A stretch of 64,000 nucleotides of DNA from Verrucomicrobiales bacterium (lineage in GTDB: Bacteria > Verrucomicrobiota > Verrucomicrobiia > Verrucomicrobiales > SLCJ01): positions 1-64,000 of the forward strand of contig JBJTQJ010000112.1 in the NCBI GenBank assembly GCA_046075565.1. Direction: 5' to 3'. Of the stretch, positions 10,208 to 20,181 are shown in pieces; the stretch's first letter is position 1; the number at the start of each line of letters is the position of its first letter. Both the position numbers and the translations under genes were made by a program. A model generated the notes under the pieces. The model made no database searches. It saw only the letters and a program-made list of their open reading frames with translations, and had not been told where the DNA came from.

Positions 10208-10972
10208 TCAGGCCGGCGAACCCAAGGCGGAGGCCGCACCTTCGTCGAGAAGGAATCGCGCGTTGCCGTGCAGTTGCAGGAACGAGGCGGCCACGGCATC
10301 GGTCACCGGGCCTTCGACGGCCTCCCGCACGATAGAGGCCTTATTTTCTCCCCAAGCCATCAGGCGGAGGGCGCGGGCATCAAGAATGGTCGCACAACCC
10401 ATGGTCAGCGCGTGGGTCGGCACGTGATCCAGCCCCCCGAAGGCCGCCGTGGCATCCTGGCGGGTCACCGGGTCCAGATGCACCATGCGGGTTCGCGAGT
10501 CGCGGGGCGAGCCCGGCTCATTGAACCCGATGTGCCCGGTGCGCCCGATGCCGAGAATCTGGAAATCAATGCCCCCGGCATCCCGGATGGCCTGTTCGTA
10601 GGCGGCACATGCTTCCGCCTCCTTCCCCGCCTCGACAATGCCCGGTGGCAGATGGGTTTTCGCCGGATTCAGGTTTACATGGTCGAAAAGGTGTGTCCGC
10701 ATGAAGCTGCGGTAGCTTTCCGGATGTTCCGGGGCGAGGCCGAGGTATTCGTCGAGGTTGAAGGTCGTGACGGTGGAAAAATCCAGCCCCTCCTCGCGAT
10801 GGAGGCGCACCAACTCCTCGTAAAATCGAATTGGTGTCCCGCCCGTCGCTAGCCCGAGCACCACCTGTTGACCGTTCGCCTGCCGCTCGCGAATCAAAGC
10901 GGCGCATTCCGCAGCCAGCGCCGCGGCGGCTATACCAGCGGACCCGTAGACCATCACTTTCGGACGAAACAT
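10208..10972 (-). CDS. nagB: glucosamine-6-phosphate deaminase
   Basis: LGLATGGTP, FNLDEY, LGIGRTGHIGFNEP, ALTMG; start taken at ATG 10972. Confidence 0.9.
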   Translation of the reverse strand: MFRPKVMVYGSAGIAAAALAAECAALIRERQANGQQVVLGLATGGTPIRFYEELVRLHREEGLDFSTVTTFNLDEYLGLAPEHPESYRSFMRTHLFDHVNLNPAKTHLPPGIVEAGKEAEACAAYEQAIRDAGGIDFQILGIGRTGHIGFNEPGSPRDSRTRMVHLDPVTRQDATAAFGGLDHVPTHALTMGCATILDARALRLMAWGENKASIVREAVEGPVTDAVAASFLQLHGNARFLLDEGAASALGSPA

Positions 10973-11166
10973 GGGAAAATGCTGCCGGAACAATGCCTGA
11001 TGTCAAAGATGATTTTCGATTTCGTTTGGAAACGAACGAAAATCGAACATTTGGCTCATCCACTATTCGGTTCGAAATCCGGAGGCAATTGCCACCAACT
11101 ATCCAACCCAAGGCCGTGGCACCGACGGCCTTACGCTGGACTGCTGATTCCGGTCCAAACCTCTCG

Positions 11167-12741
11167 TTACGGAGTCTCCTTTTTCCTGCCGCCCCTTTTT
11201 CCGGTTCTGTCGCTCGTGTAGTCGGTCCACTCCTGGTGGTTCTTCGGTGCTTCCTTGCCGACGGGATTTTGTTCCTGTGCCGTCGCGAGCACTTCCTCGC
11301 GGGCCATGCGGTGCCATTCTGAGCTCATGCGGGCGGGACGTTCCGGTTCGCGGTCGGCGAGGTTGGTGGTTTCCGTGCGATCCTCCTTAATGTTGTAAAG
11401 CTCCCACGGACCACCCTTCAAGGAGACCAGTTTCCAGTCGCCGTCACGCAAGGCCCGGTCTTGGCCAAATAAGAAATGAATGGGGGGGCGTTTCTCCAGT
11501 TCCTTGCCAGCGAAGACAGGCAGCAACGAGACACCCGCGAGTGGGGTCGGTTCGCGTCCGGGAAATGTTTTCGGGATCTCAGCGCCTGTTAGAGATGCGA
11601 TGGTCGGCAGGATATCCACCAGATGCGCAGGCGTCGCATTGATGGAACCTGCTTTGGTCTTGAGACCCTTCGGCCAATGGGCGATCGCCGCGGTGGCGAT
11701 GCCGCCCTCGAATTGGTTTTGTTTGTAGTAGCGGAATGGACTATTCCTCGCCCAGGCCCAGCCGGTGCTGTCGGTCCAGTTGGTCTCGGGATTGTAAGGT
11801 TCGAGATCAACGCCGCGGTTATTGCGATCGTAGGGACAAGCGCCATTGTCGGAGAAGAAGAGAATAAGCGTGTTGTCGAGTTCTCCGGATTTTTCTAGGT
11901 CGGCGACGACGCGGGTCAGTTCCTGGTCCACCCGGTCGATCAAGGCGGCGTAACCGGCCATGCGGCGGCTTTCCCAATCGCGGGTGGCTTCGGGCAGCGA
12001 TTCCCACGCCGGGATATGGTCCGGTCTGGAGTCGACTTTCGTGTTTTCTCCTAACAAACCAAGCTTTCTTTGTTTGGCCACGCGGGCTTCGCGGATTTCG
12101 TCCCAGCCTTTGGTGTATCGGTTGCGGTATTTCTCGTAGTCGGCCTTGAGCGGCTGGATGGGAGCATGGGGCGCGTTGAGGGCGATGTAGAGGAACCATG
12201 GTTTCTTCGCCTCCCTGGCTTCGCCGATGAAGCGAAGCGCGAAGTCCACGTTCGCGGTGGTGGTGTAGAAGCCCGCGTCGGGCACGGTCCACGGCTCGCC
12301 GTTGAGCCGGAAACTCTTGTCTCCCTTGTAGTAGTTGGTCGCGCCGGAGAGGTGGCCGAAAAACCGATCGAATCCGAAGTCCGTCGGTTCTTTCGAGAGA
12401 TGCCATTTCCCCGTCATGGCGGTGAAGTAACCGGCCGGACGCAAGACCTCGGGCAGAGTGACCGCGCGGGCGAGGGACTCATCGCCGGCCTGACGGCTAT
12501 ACCGACCGGTGAGCAGGGAAACACGCGACGAATGGCATTTTGCGGTGTTGTAAAACTGCGAGAAACGCAGGCCATCGGCGGCGAGCCGATCGAGGGTCGG
12601 GGTTTCGATTTCCGAACCATAACAACCGAGATCCGAATAGCCGAGGTCGTCCGTCAGAATGACAACGACATTCGGCCGCTCGCCGCCGATCAGCGGAGCC
12701 ACGGACGCGATGAAAAGGGCCAGAAAGGAAAAGATGCGCAT
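11167..12741 (-). CDS. arylsulfatase (formylglycine-dependent)
   Basis: Signal peptide; PNVVVILTDDLG; CHSSR..LLTG (CxxxR); GKWH; SDNG. Confidence 0.9.
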   Translation of the reverse strand: MRIFSFLALFIASVAPLIGGERPNVVVILTDDLGYSDLGCYGSEIETPTLDRLAADGLRFSQFYNTAKCHSSRVSLLTGRYSRQAGDESLARAVTLPEVLRPAGYFTAMTGKWHLSKEPTDFGFDRFFGHLSGATNYYKGDKSFRLNGEPWTVPDAGFYTTTANVDFALRFIGEAREAKKPWFLYIALNAPHAPIQPLKADYEKYRNRYTKGWDEIREARVAKQRKLGLLGENTKVDSRPDHIPAWESLPEATRDWESRRMAGYAALIDRVDQELTRVVADLEKSGELDNTLILFFSDNGACPYDRNNRGVDLEPYNPETNWTDSTGWAWARNSPFRYYKQNQFEGGIATAAIAHWPKGLKTKAGSINATPAHLVDILPTIASLTGAEIPKTFPGREPTPLAGVSLLPVFAGKELEKRPPIHFLFGQDRALRDGDWKLVSLKGGPWELYNIKEDRTETTNLADREPERPARMSSEWHRMAREEVLATAQEQNPVGKEAPKNHQEWTDYTSDRTGKRGGRKKETP

Positions 12742-12805
12742 GGGAGGAAGTTTGCGTTTTTCCGTAGAGCAGGCAAGCACAGGATGGATATTCTCCGAAA
12801 AACCC

Positions 12806-13741
12806 TCACGGCATTCCCGCGAGCAGGACGGTCGCACCACCGGTGCTGCGGATGGCTCCGGGATCGTGGGGGAGCAGGGCAAAATCCCCGGGGTGGAAGA
12901 TTTCATCTCCACATTCGACCACACCTTTGGCGACGGCGAGCAGGCGGAATTTTCCATCGGCGGTGGCCAGGTGGGAATGTCCGGCCGCGAGGGTGAGTTG
13001 TTCTACGAAGAAATGCGGGCAGCGGATGAGGTCGCCTTCGCCTTCGGGTCGCATGGACGGCTCGAAGTCGTTAAAATCGGTGGCGATCAAGGCTTCTTCG
13101 ACATGCATCTGGCGTGGTTTGCCATCAAGGCCGACCCGGTCCCAGTCGTAAACCCGGTAGGTGGTGTCGCTATTCTGCTGGATTTCCAAGATGAGGAAAC
13201 CGGCCCCGATGGCGTGGAGGCGACCGCTGGCGAGGAAGATCGATTCGCCGGCGCGCGGGCGCAGGACATGGAGGAGGCCGGCCATGCCGCCTTCGCGGAG
13301 GGCGGATTCGAAATGCGCCTTGGTCACGCCCCACCGCAATCCGGCGTAAAGTTCAGCCTTCTCGTCCACTTCGAGCAAATACCAGACTTCGTCTTTCGAT
13401 TCGCCGCGGAGTTCCTGGCAGACCGCGGTCGGGGGATGCACTTGCACGGAGAGTTTGTCCCGCGCGTCGAGCACCTTGCAGAGAATGGGAAAGCGTTCCG
13501 GTCCGCCGGTGAAGCCGAAGATTTCCTTCCGGTGGTTCGTCCAGAGTTGTTCGAGGGTCACTCCGGACCACGGGCCATCGCGGACGACGCTGTTGGCTTC
13601 GGGGCGGTCGACGATTTCCCAGGATTCGCCATAGGGTTGGCCATCGGCAGGCAGGGCGCGACCAAGGCGCGTCTCGAGATGGCGGCCACCCCACACGCGG
13701 GTCTGGTAAATCGGGGAAAATCGTATTGGTTCGCTGGGCAT
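12806..13741 (-). CDS. manA: class I mannose-6-phosphate isomerase
   Basis: VWGG, GESWE, LSVQVHP, KDEVWY, LHAIG, EIQQNSDTTYRVYD; C-terminal part of a longer ORF-track frame. Confidence 0.85.
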   Translation of the reverse strand: MPSEPIRFSPIYQTRVWGGRHLETRLGRALPADGQPYGESWEIVDRPEANSVVRDGPWSGVTLEQLWTNHRKEIFGFTGGPERFPILCKVLDARDKLSVQVHPPTAVCQELRGESKDEVWYLLEVDEKAELYAGLRWGVTKAHFESALREGGMAGLLHVLRPRAGESIFLASGRLHAIGAGFLILEIQQNSDTTYRVYDWDRVGLDGKPRQMHVEEALIATDFNDFEPSMRPEGEGDLIRCPHFFVEQLTLAAGHSHLATADGKFRLLAVAKGVVECGDEIFHPGDFALLPHDPGAIRSTGGATVLLAGMP

Positions 13742-13825
13742 GGGAAATTTCCGGGCTGACGACGTGCAAAATGCGTGTAAGATAGGGTCCCCGCAAGCCC
13801 GGGAACTGCGATCCCGCCCATTTTT

Positions 13826-14794
13826 ATGGAAACCGATTTTCCGAGCACCTTCAAGCGATGGACCAAATGGTTGACCTCCCATCCGGTGGAGGCCGGGCTT
13901 GGGGCCGTTCTTTTCTCCACCATCGTGGGATTTTATTTGTTCTATCCCGTCATGGGCGCGGGGGCGAGCGGACTCAGTGCACTGGCCTGGCTGAAGTCGA
14001 GTTGGAATCAGGAAACCGATTACGGTCACGGCTACATGGTTCCTCCGCTGATTCTTGCGCTCCTCGCCTGGGGGTTTTGGAAAGCGGGCCCCATCGAACG
14101 TGAAGCGTCGTCGGCGCGGTGGGGATTGGCCGTGTTCTTTTTCGGCATCCTGCTCTGGATTGTCGCCTACCGGGTCATCCAATGGCGGATGGCGGTCGGC
14201 TCGATGTGTTTTGTCATTTGGGGAGCCATCTGGTATCTCGGCGGAATTAGGGCAGCGAAAATTTCCATGCTCCCGGTCTTCATGCTCGCTCTCGCCGTGC
14301 CCGTGCCGGGTATCATCCAGGCAACCAATGGCTTGCAGGTCATTGCGACCCAACTTGGGTATTATGGTGCCAAAGCCTGCGGCATTGATTGTTTCCAGAG
14401 CGGCACGAATATCCAATCGGCCACATCCGACAAATGGGGATTCGACATTGCGGGCGGCTGCAGCGGCGTGCGTTCGCTCATGGCCATGGTGCTTATCGCG
14501 GCGGTCTATGTCTATGTGGTGAACTTGCCCATGTGGCGCCGTTTCTTGCTCTTCGCGGCCGCGTTGCCTCTTGCCATCCTCGTGAATGCCTTCCGCATCG
14601 TGACCATCCTCGTGATTGCGGAATTCGGATCTCCGGAATTCGCTGGCGGCATCTATCATGACTATGCGTCGTTTTTCATTTTCCCAATTGGTTTGCTAGG
14701 CATGGCTGCCACCCACCAGTTGCTCACCCTCGATCGGCGGGTGAAAAAGCGCGTCGTGCGCCGCATGACCACATCCGAACCCCCAGCCGCCTGA
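13826..14794 (+). CDS. exosortase (EpsH/Xrt family)
   Basis: YGHGY, catalytic GCSGVRS, NAFRI, IYHD; multi-TM. Confidence 0.85.
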   Translation: METDFPSTFKRWTKWLTSHPVEAGLGAVLFSTIVGFYLFYPVMGAGASGLSALAWLKSSWNQETDYGHGYMVPPLILALLAWGFWKAGPIEREASSARWGLAVFFFGILLWIVAYRVIQWRMAVGSMCFVIWGAIWYLGGIRAAKISMLPVFMLALAVPVPGIIQATNGLQVIATQLGYYGAKACGIDCFQSGTNIQSATSDKWGFDIAGGCSGVRSLMAMVLIAAVYVYVVNLPMWRRFLLFAAALPLAILVNAFRIVTILVIAEFGSPEFAGGIYHDYASFFIFPIGLLGMAATHQLLTLDRRVKKRVVRRMTTSEPPAA

Positions 14795-14798
14795 ACCG

Positions 14799-15536
14799 AT
14801 GCGCGCCCGCCTGTTGCTCATGATCATCTTGTCCATCATCGGCCTGGGAGCCGTCGTGGCCTTGCCGGATCATGTGGAGATGTTGCCTTCGGCCGTGAAA
14901 ATGAAGTGGCCCGAGATCGCCGGCGACTGGGTTAAGGTGCGCGACACCGTGGAGTCGCCGCAGGAAAAATCCATCCTCGCTCCCGACACGCAGTTCTCGA
15001 AATCACAATACATTCATGCCAACTCGAATTTCCAGTTGGAAGTGGGTATCGTGTTGAGCGGCATGGATCCGAACAACTCCATCCACCGACCGGAGCGGTG
15101 TCTGGTGGCCCAAGGACACATCGGTCTCGTCCGCCAAGGGCGCGAAGTCAAACTCGTGGACGGGCGCATTTTGCCTGTGATGCGCCTATTCACCAATCTC
15201 CAGTGGGTCGACTCGAGCAAAGACGCTCCGCCCGTGCAACACTCGACCAATTTCCTCACCTATTACTGGTTCGTCGGCAACGACCTCCTCACCAGCAGTC
15301 ACTACGAGCGCACCTTCCGCGATGTCCGCGATCGGTTGCTCCGTGGAGCCAACCAGCGCTGGGCCTATTTCACCGTGGCCGTTCACCTGAACGACAACGA
15401 GAAAACCCGCGCCCTCGCCAATGCTCCCGACGGCGAACTGGACAAATACATTCAGAAATTCATCGCGGATGTGATTCCCCTCATGCTCGATTCGTCCATG
15501 CTCGACGGAGGACCGCCCACTCAGGTGCCGAAATAA
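14799..15536 (+). CDS. exosortase-associated EpsI family protein
   Basis: SIHRPERCL..QG, YYWF; follows the exosortase. Confidence 0.8.
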   Translation: MRARLLLMIILSIIGLGAVVALPDHVEMLPSAVKMKWPEIAGDWVKVRDTVESPQEKSILAPDTQFSKSQYIHANSNFQLEVGIVLSGMDPNNSIHRPERCLVAQGHIGLVRQGREVKLVDGRILPVMRLFTNLQWVDSSKDAPPVQHSTNFLTYYWFVGNDLLTSSHYERTFRDVRDRLLRGANQRWAYFTVAVHLNDNEKTRALANAPDGELDKYIQKFIADVIPLMLDSSMLDGGPPTQVPK

Positions 15537-16165
15537 CGATCGCCAGCATCACCCAAGCCGGGCAGGATGAAACCTTGGTCGTTGAGTCCTCGATCCAATA
15601 CTCCCGCCAGCACCGGAATGTCGGAATGGTCGCGGGCCATCCGCTGCAATCCTTCGGGCGTCGCCACGAGACAGCAGAATTTCAAATGACGCGCTCCAGC
15701 GCGGCGGAGTTCTTCCAGGGCCGCCGCGCCACTGCCGCCGGTCGCCAGCATCGGATCGAGCACAATCACATCGGAGGATTCGATGCCATCGGGCAGGCGT
15801 GAAAAATAGGAAGTCGGTTGCAGGGTCTCTTCATCGCGGGCCATGCCCAAATGCCCAACCCGCGCCCAAGGCAGCACTTCAAGGAATCCGTGCAGCAATC
15901 CCAGACCGGCCCGCAAAATCGGCACCAGCACGAGCGGCCGCTCCCAGTCCCGGCCGGTGGTCATTTCCAGCGGCGTCTTCACCGGCCGCTCGACCGTTGG
16001 CAGGTCCCGAACCGCCTCGACCGCCAGCACCCGTGCCGCCGCGATCACATGGGTGCGGAAGGCCTCCGGCCCCGCTGATTCCTCGCGCAGACGGGCCAAA
16101 TGATAGTCGAGCAGCGGGTGGTCGGCGACGCGGGCCGCCGGGTGGAAGGGAGTGGTCGTGGTCAT
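15521..16165 (-). CDS. upp: uracil phosphoribosyltransferase
   Basis: VPILRAG, LDPMLATGGS, ILPGLGDAGDR. Confidence 0.95.
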   Translation of the reverse strand: MTTTTPFHPAARVADHPLLDYHLARLREESAGPEAFRTHVIAAARVLAVEAVRDLPTVERPVKTPLEMTTGRDWERPLVLVPILRAGLGLLHGFLEVLPWARVGHLGMARDEETLQPTSYFSRLPDGIESSDVIVLDPMLATGGSGAAALEELRRAGARHLKFCCLVATPEGLQRMARDHSDIPVLAGVLDRGLNDQGFILPGLGDAGDRYFGT

Positions 16166-16231
16166 GTCGGTCAGGATGGTTGGACGGAATGCTTGATACT
16201 CGACGCTTTCTCGGCTAAAAGGAAAGCAGGA

Positions 16232-17014
16232 ATGCAGCCGACATCCACCCTCCTTTGCCTTTTTTTCCTTCTGCCCATGGTTGGAGGCGCCCAGCAGATC
16301 CTGCAACCCGAGGTCCGGTCGGCCCGTCCAGTGGAGGAACCTGCGGCTCCGGAGGAAAAAAAAGCCGGGCCGGAGACCCACAGTACCCCCCCGATAGCCC
16401 CCGTCCAGGCCCCGGAGGAGAAGGAGAAAGAAAAGGTGAAGGAGAAGCCACCCGAGAATCCCGCGAAAAATCCGCCCGCCCCGGAGAAAAAACCACCCCC
16501 AGCGAACGCCAAGACGGTCACACCCCCGGACGGGGAAACCACAATCGACGCGCCGGTTTCCGCTCTCAATGCCGCCAGCCTCCTCCCCATCGGCGTTCCC
16601 AGTTTCGACGTGCGGATGCCCGAATTCAACGGGGATCGGCTCGTTTCCCGGATGCGTGTGCGCCAGTTGACTCGCATCGACGACGACCAACTCGACCTGC
16701 TCGACATGGACCTCGAACGCTACCTGTCTGACGGCAATCTCGACTACGTCGTCAATGTCGAACGCGGCTTCTACGCCCTTTCCACCGGCAGGCTGATTTC
16801 ATCCGCCCCGACCCGTCTCCGCGGCAAAGCCATGGACCTCCATGGCCAAGGCTGCGTATACTCCAAGGACAACGAAGTGATCAAAATCCTAGGCAAAGTC
16901 ACTTCTTACATTTACGTTGAGGGGGGAAAGCTCACTGGATCGAAACCAAAGCCCCCCGCCGAAGAAAGCCCCTCCGACGCCAAAAAGGGGCCTCCTGAAT
17001 CTCCAGTACCATGA
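16232..17014 (+). CDS. LptC-like LPS export protein with Pro/Lys-rich linker
   Basis: First gene of the lptA-like/lptB operon; beta-jellyroll-like C-terminal half. Confidence 0.55.
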   Translation: MQPTSTLLCLFFLLPMVGGAQQILQPEVRSARPVEEPAAPEEKKAGPETHSTPPIAPVQAPEEKEKEKVKEKPPENPAKNPPAPEKKPPPANAKTVTPPDGETTIDAPVSALNAASLLPIGVPSFDVRMPEFNGDRLVSRMRVRQLTRIDDDQLDLLDMDLERYLSDGNLDYVVNVERGFYALSTGRLISSAPTRLRGKAMDLHGQGCVYSKDNEVIKILGKVTSYIYVEGGKLTGSKPKPPAEESPSDAKKGPPESPVP

Positions 17015-17640
17015 AAATTCTCAAATTTCTCGCCTTTTCCGGTCTGATGTCCGGTATTTCCTGTGCCCAGCAGGCCCCGGCACCGCAGCCCCCACCGCCT
17101 GACGCTAAAGAGGACAAAAACGAGCTGATCACCGTCACCAGCGCGGGCGGAGCCGAGATCCATCAGACCAAAAACCTGATGATTTACATCGACGATGTCA
17201 AATTCCTCCACCCCTCGCAGGGCATGGAAATGAACTGCCAGCGATTAGAGGTATACCGTGATCCTCCGCCCCCGCCCAAGGCCAAACCTCAGTTGGACGT
17301 GGAAGCAGCGGTCAATGCCCCTCCCGAAGAGCCTGAGGAGCAGCCCAAACTCCGCGAGGCCATCGCCACCGGGAAGGTCGTCATCCGCAAAAAGGGAGCC
17401 GACGGCAAACTCAGCATCGGCAGAGGGCAAAAGGCCGTTTTTGATGCCAAAAAGCAGGTCATCACGCTCTCCGGCAGTCCCCAGCCCGAGTTGGATGTCG
17501 GTTCCGACTACCTTTTCTACGCCGATACGATCATTTTACAGGAGGACGGACAACACCGCCTTGGCAACAACGCACGCACCGTTTTCAAGAAGCAGAAAGA
17601 TCAGAAGGAAGGGGGCGCGGGTGGAGGTCAAGGCCGCTGA
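17011..17640 (+). CDS. LptA/OstA-like protein
   Basis: Signal peptide; ATGKVVIR, AVFD...ITLSG; upstream of lptB. Confidence 0.7.
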   Translation: MKILKFLAFSGLMSGISCAQQAPAPQPPPPDAKEDKNELITVTSAGGAEIHQTKNLMIYIDDVKFLHPSQGMEMNCQRLEVYRDPPPPPKAKPQLDVEAAVNAPPEEPEEQPKLREAIATGKVVIRKKGADGKLSIGRGQKAVFDAKKQVITLSGSPQPELDVGSDYLFYADTIILQEDGQHRLGNNARTVFKKQKDQKEGGAGGGQGR

Positions 17641-18397
17641 GGCCCACCGCGGACCTGCGGGCGGTCACTCGGATCGACTTCTTTTCACCCGCGGCCTGCG
17701 CAAGGTCTATGACGGACGAGCCGTCGTGAATGGCGTGGATATCCACGTCGGCCACGGCGAGATCGTCGGTCTGCTCGGCCCCAATGGCGCGGGCAAGACC
17801 ACCACTTTCTACATGGTCGTGGGTCTGGTGCCGCCGACCGAAGGCACGGTCGTCTTCGAGGGGAACGACGTGAGCCGGCAGCCCATGTACAAACGCGGGC
17901 GTCTGGGCATGGGGTATCTGCCGCAAGAAGAGAGTATTTTCCGCCGCCTCACCGTCCGGGACAACATCATGGCTGTGATGGAAACCCGCACCGACCTCTC
18001 CCGGAGCGAGCAGAAAATCCGCTGCCAGGCCCTGCTCGACCGTTTCGGCATCGCCCACCTCGCCAACAATACCGCCCTCACTCTCTCCGGGGGCGAAAAA
18101 CGCCGCCTGACCATCGCCCGCTCGCTCGTCACGGAACCGAGCCTGCTCATGCTCGACGAACCCTTCAGCGGCGTCGATCCCATCGCCGTGGCGGAAATTC
18201 AGGAAATTATTCTTGACCTGAGGCGGGCTGGTCTGGCCATATTGATTACGGACCATAACGTGCGCGAAACTCTCACCATTGTTGACCGGGCCTACCTCAT
18301 CTTTGAGGGCAAGGTCCTGAGGGAAGGAACCCAGGAATTCCTGACCAACGACCCCTTGAGCCGCGAATTGTATCTCGGCGAGCGCTTCAGCATGTGA
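17621..18397 (+). CDS. lptB: LPS export ABC transporter ATP-binding protein
   Basis: GPNGAGKTT, GYLPQE, LSGGE, LDEPFSGVDP, ITDHNVRETL, YLGERF; start uncertain (GTG 17621). Confidence 0.92.
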   Translation: MEVKAAEAHRGPAGGHSDRLLFTRGLRKVYDGRAVVNGVDIHVGHGEIVGLLGPNGAGKTTTFYMVVGLVPPTEGTVVFEGNDVSRQPMYKRGRLGMGYLPQEESIFRRLTVRDNIMAVMETRTDLSRSEQKIRCQALLDRFGIAHLANNTALTLSGGEKRRLTIARSLVTEPSLLMLDEPFSGVDPIAVAEIQEIILDLRRAGLAILITDHNVRETLTIVDRAYLIFEGKVLREGTQEFLTNDPLSRELYLGERFSM

Positions 18398-18465
18398 ATC
18401 AGCCCGCGTCGCGAAAATCCGATTTTTCCCAACCCCATAAACGAAATCCCAAAGGAGGAACGAAA

Positions 18466-19074
18466 ATGCAAACAGCCAATGTAAACCCGCCCGTCAAAGT
18501 AACCTGCCGTCATATCGAACTGACCGAGGCGCTCCGCGACTACGCCGGGAAAAAAATCGAAGGACTGCATCTGGACTATCCCCGCATCATCGAAGCTCGT
18601 GTCGTGCTCGATGTCGAGAAGAGCCGACGCCAGACGGCCGAAATCATTCTTTTTTGCGCCAACCACATCACCATCCAGGCGAAGACCACCCACGAGGATC
18701 TGTATGCCGCCATCGACGAGACGATCAGCAAGATCGCCCGCCGCATGCGCAAACACAAAACCCGCCTGCTCAAACGCAGCCGCCCGCGCAATATCTCCAT
18801 CCGCCATCTGACCGAGCAAGTCTTCGAAGAGGGCATGCTTGAGGATGCTGCCGCCGAAGTCGCCGCCGGTCACCACGAGCCCGACATCGAGCCGTCGCGC
18901 GTGCATGAGGAACCCTACAGCGTGCGCCCGCTTTACCGCGACGAAGCCCTGCTCGAATTGGAAATGAGCGATGCCAGCTTCATCGTCTTCACCAATGCCG
19001 CCTCCGGCCACCTCTCCATTCTCTATCGCCGTGGCGATGGGGAATTCGGCCTCATCGAGCCGAGCGCGTCCTGA
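18466..19074 (+). CDS. hpf: ribosome hibernation promoting factor (long form)
   Basis: [44 protein letters not shown]. Confidence 0.9.
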   Translation: MQTANVNPPVKVTCRHIELTEALRDYAGKKIEGLHLDYPRIIEARVVLDVEKSRRQTAEIILFCANHITIQAKTTHEDLYAAIDETISKIARRMRKHKTRLLKRSRPRNISIRHLTEQVFEEGMLEDAAAEVAAGHHEPDIEPSRVHEEPYSVRPLYRDEALLELEMSDASFIVFTNAASGHLSILYRRGDGEFGLIEPSAS

Positions 19075-19116
19075 GTCCGCGGTATCCTTCGGCCTCCAAC
19101 AAACCGCCTGACACAA

Positions 19117-19256
19117 CGAGGTGGCTACACACCCCAAGAGCGGTGGATGAACCACCGCACTCCAAAGCCTTCGGCGGATGATGCGTGAAGGTCCATGACG
19201 ACTTCGTTGCGTGAGCGCCGCAGGCTCTTGGACTGCTGGGATTCTTCCCAGCTCTA
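19117..19256. repeat. REP-like palindromic repeat pair (family 1)
   Basis: AGCGGTGGATGAACCACCGCACTCCAAAGCC and GAGCGCCGCAGGCTCTTGGACTGCTGGGATTCTTCCCAGC; both recur at 46338-46450. Confidence 0.75.
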
Positions 19257-19324
19257 GGGGCGACAAGTGTGCCCAGTGAGCATAAGCTATCTCTCGCTGA
19301 TCATGAATTGGAAGCCGGGGCGCT

Positions 19325-20032
19325 TCACTTCGCCAACTTGCAGGTGTCGCTTTCGGGATCGTAAATTCCGAGCACGCGGAACATCTCCGCCGCCATGTGG
19401 GCGTGGCCGAGGCCATTCGGATGGATGGCATCGCTGAACCAGGTGCGGTTTTCCGCGCCTTGTTTGTGCTCGGAGAAGTTCTTGTAATGATCCACCAGCA
19501 TGACGTCGTGTTCGACGGCGAGCTGGCGAACCGCTTCAATGAACGGAGGAAGCTTTTGCGAGTGCTTGTGCTCCGTGAAGACCGTGTTGGTGGCATGGAG
19601 TATGACGATCGCCCCGGCTTCTTTCGCCTTGGTGATCATCTCGGCCGTTTCCTTCTTGTGTTGTTCCACGGGGATCTTCGCGCAATCATTCATGCCGAGA
19701 TTGATCGAGACGACATCCGGTTTGAAACGCAGCACCCGCCAATCGTAGTCGGCCAGAAGCCCGGTGCTGATTTCGCCCGAGACACCTGTGTTGGTCACAA
19801 TGTCGCGGAAGCGCAAAAGTTCGCCGCGCACCCGTTCGGCCAGATGCTCCGGATACGAACGGGCGCCATTGGTGAACCACGCCCCGTGGGTGATGGAATC
19901 GCCGGTGATAACCCAGGTCAATGCCGACTCCTTGTCCTTGATTTTCGCAAGCAGGGCTTCTTTGTCTTTGGCACCCGTCTGGGCAAAAAGCAAGGCGGGG
20001 AAGAGGAGGAGCAAGGAGAGAAGCTTTATCAT
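19325..20032 (-). CDS. SGNH/GDSL hydrolase
   Basis: GDSIT, NTGVSG, GMND, DAIHPN; signal peptide. Confidence 0.9.
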   Translation of the reverse strand: MIKLLSLLLLFPALLFAQTGAKDKEALLAKIKDKESALTWVITGDSITHGAWFTNGARSYPEHLAERVRGELLRFRDIVTNTGVSGEISTGLLADYDWRVLRFKPDVVSINLGMNDCAKIPVEQHKKETAEMITKAKEAGAIVILHATNTVFTEHKHSQKLPPFIEAVRQLAVEHDVMLVDHYKNFSEHKQGAENRTWFSDAIHPNGLGHAHMAAEMFRVLGIYDPESDTCKLAK

Positions 20033-20077
20033 AAAGGCAGGATACGAACCGGGGAGGGATCGGTCAACCGGGGAAAG

Positions 20078-20180
20078 GATTTAAGATTTAAGATTTAAGA
20101 TTGGAGAGGGAAGATTTCTCGCGCGCCGCATTCGTTGTGCTGCCGCTCCGGGCAATCGGCAATCGCAAATCTTCAATCTT
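20078..20180. repeat. heptamer tandem repeats in opposing orientation
   Basis: (GATTTAA)x3.5 at 20078-20102, and AATC with 7-bp period x4 at about 20152-20179. Confidence 0.6.
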
Positions 20181-20181
20181 C

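Noticed and set aside
17621-19074. lptB directly followed by hpf without rpoN
   Set aside because: This differs from the proteobacterial order but is plausibly normal for this lineage; there is no scar or other sign of deletion.
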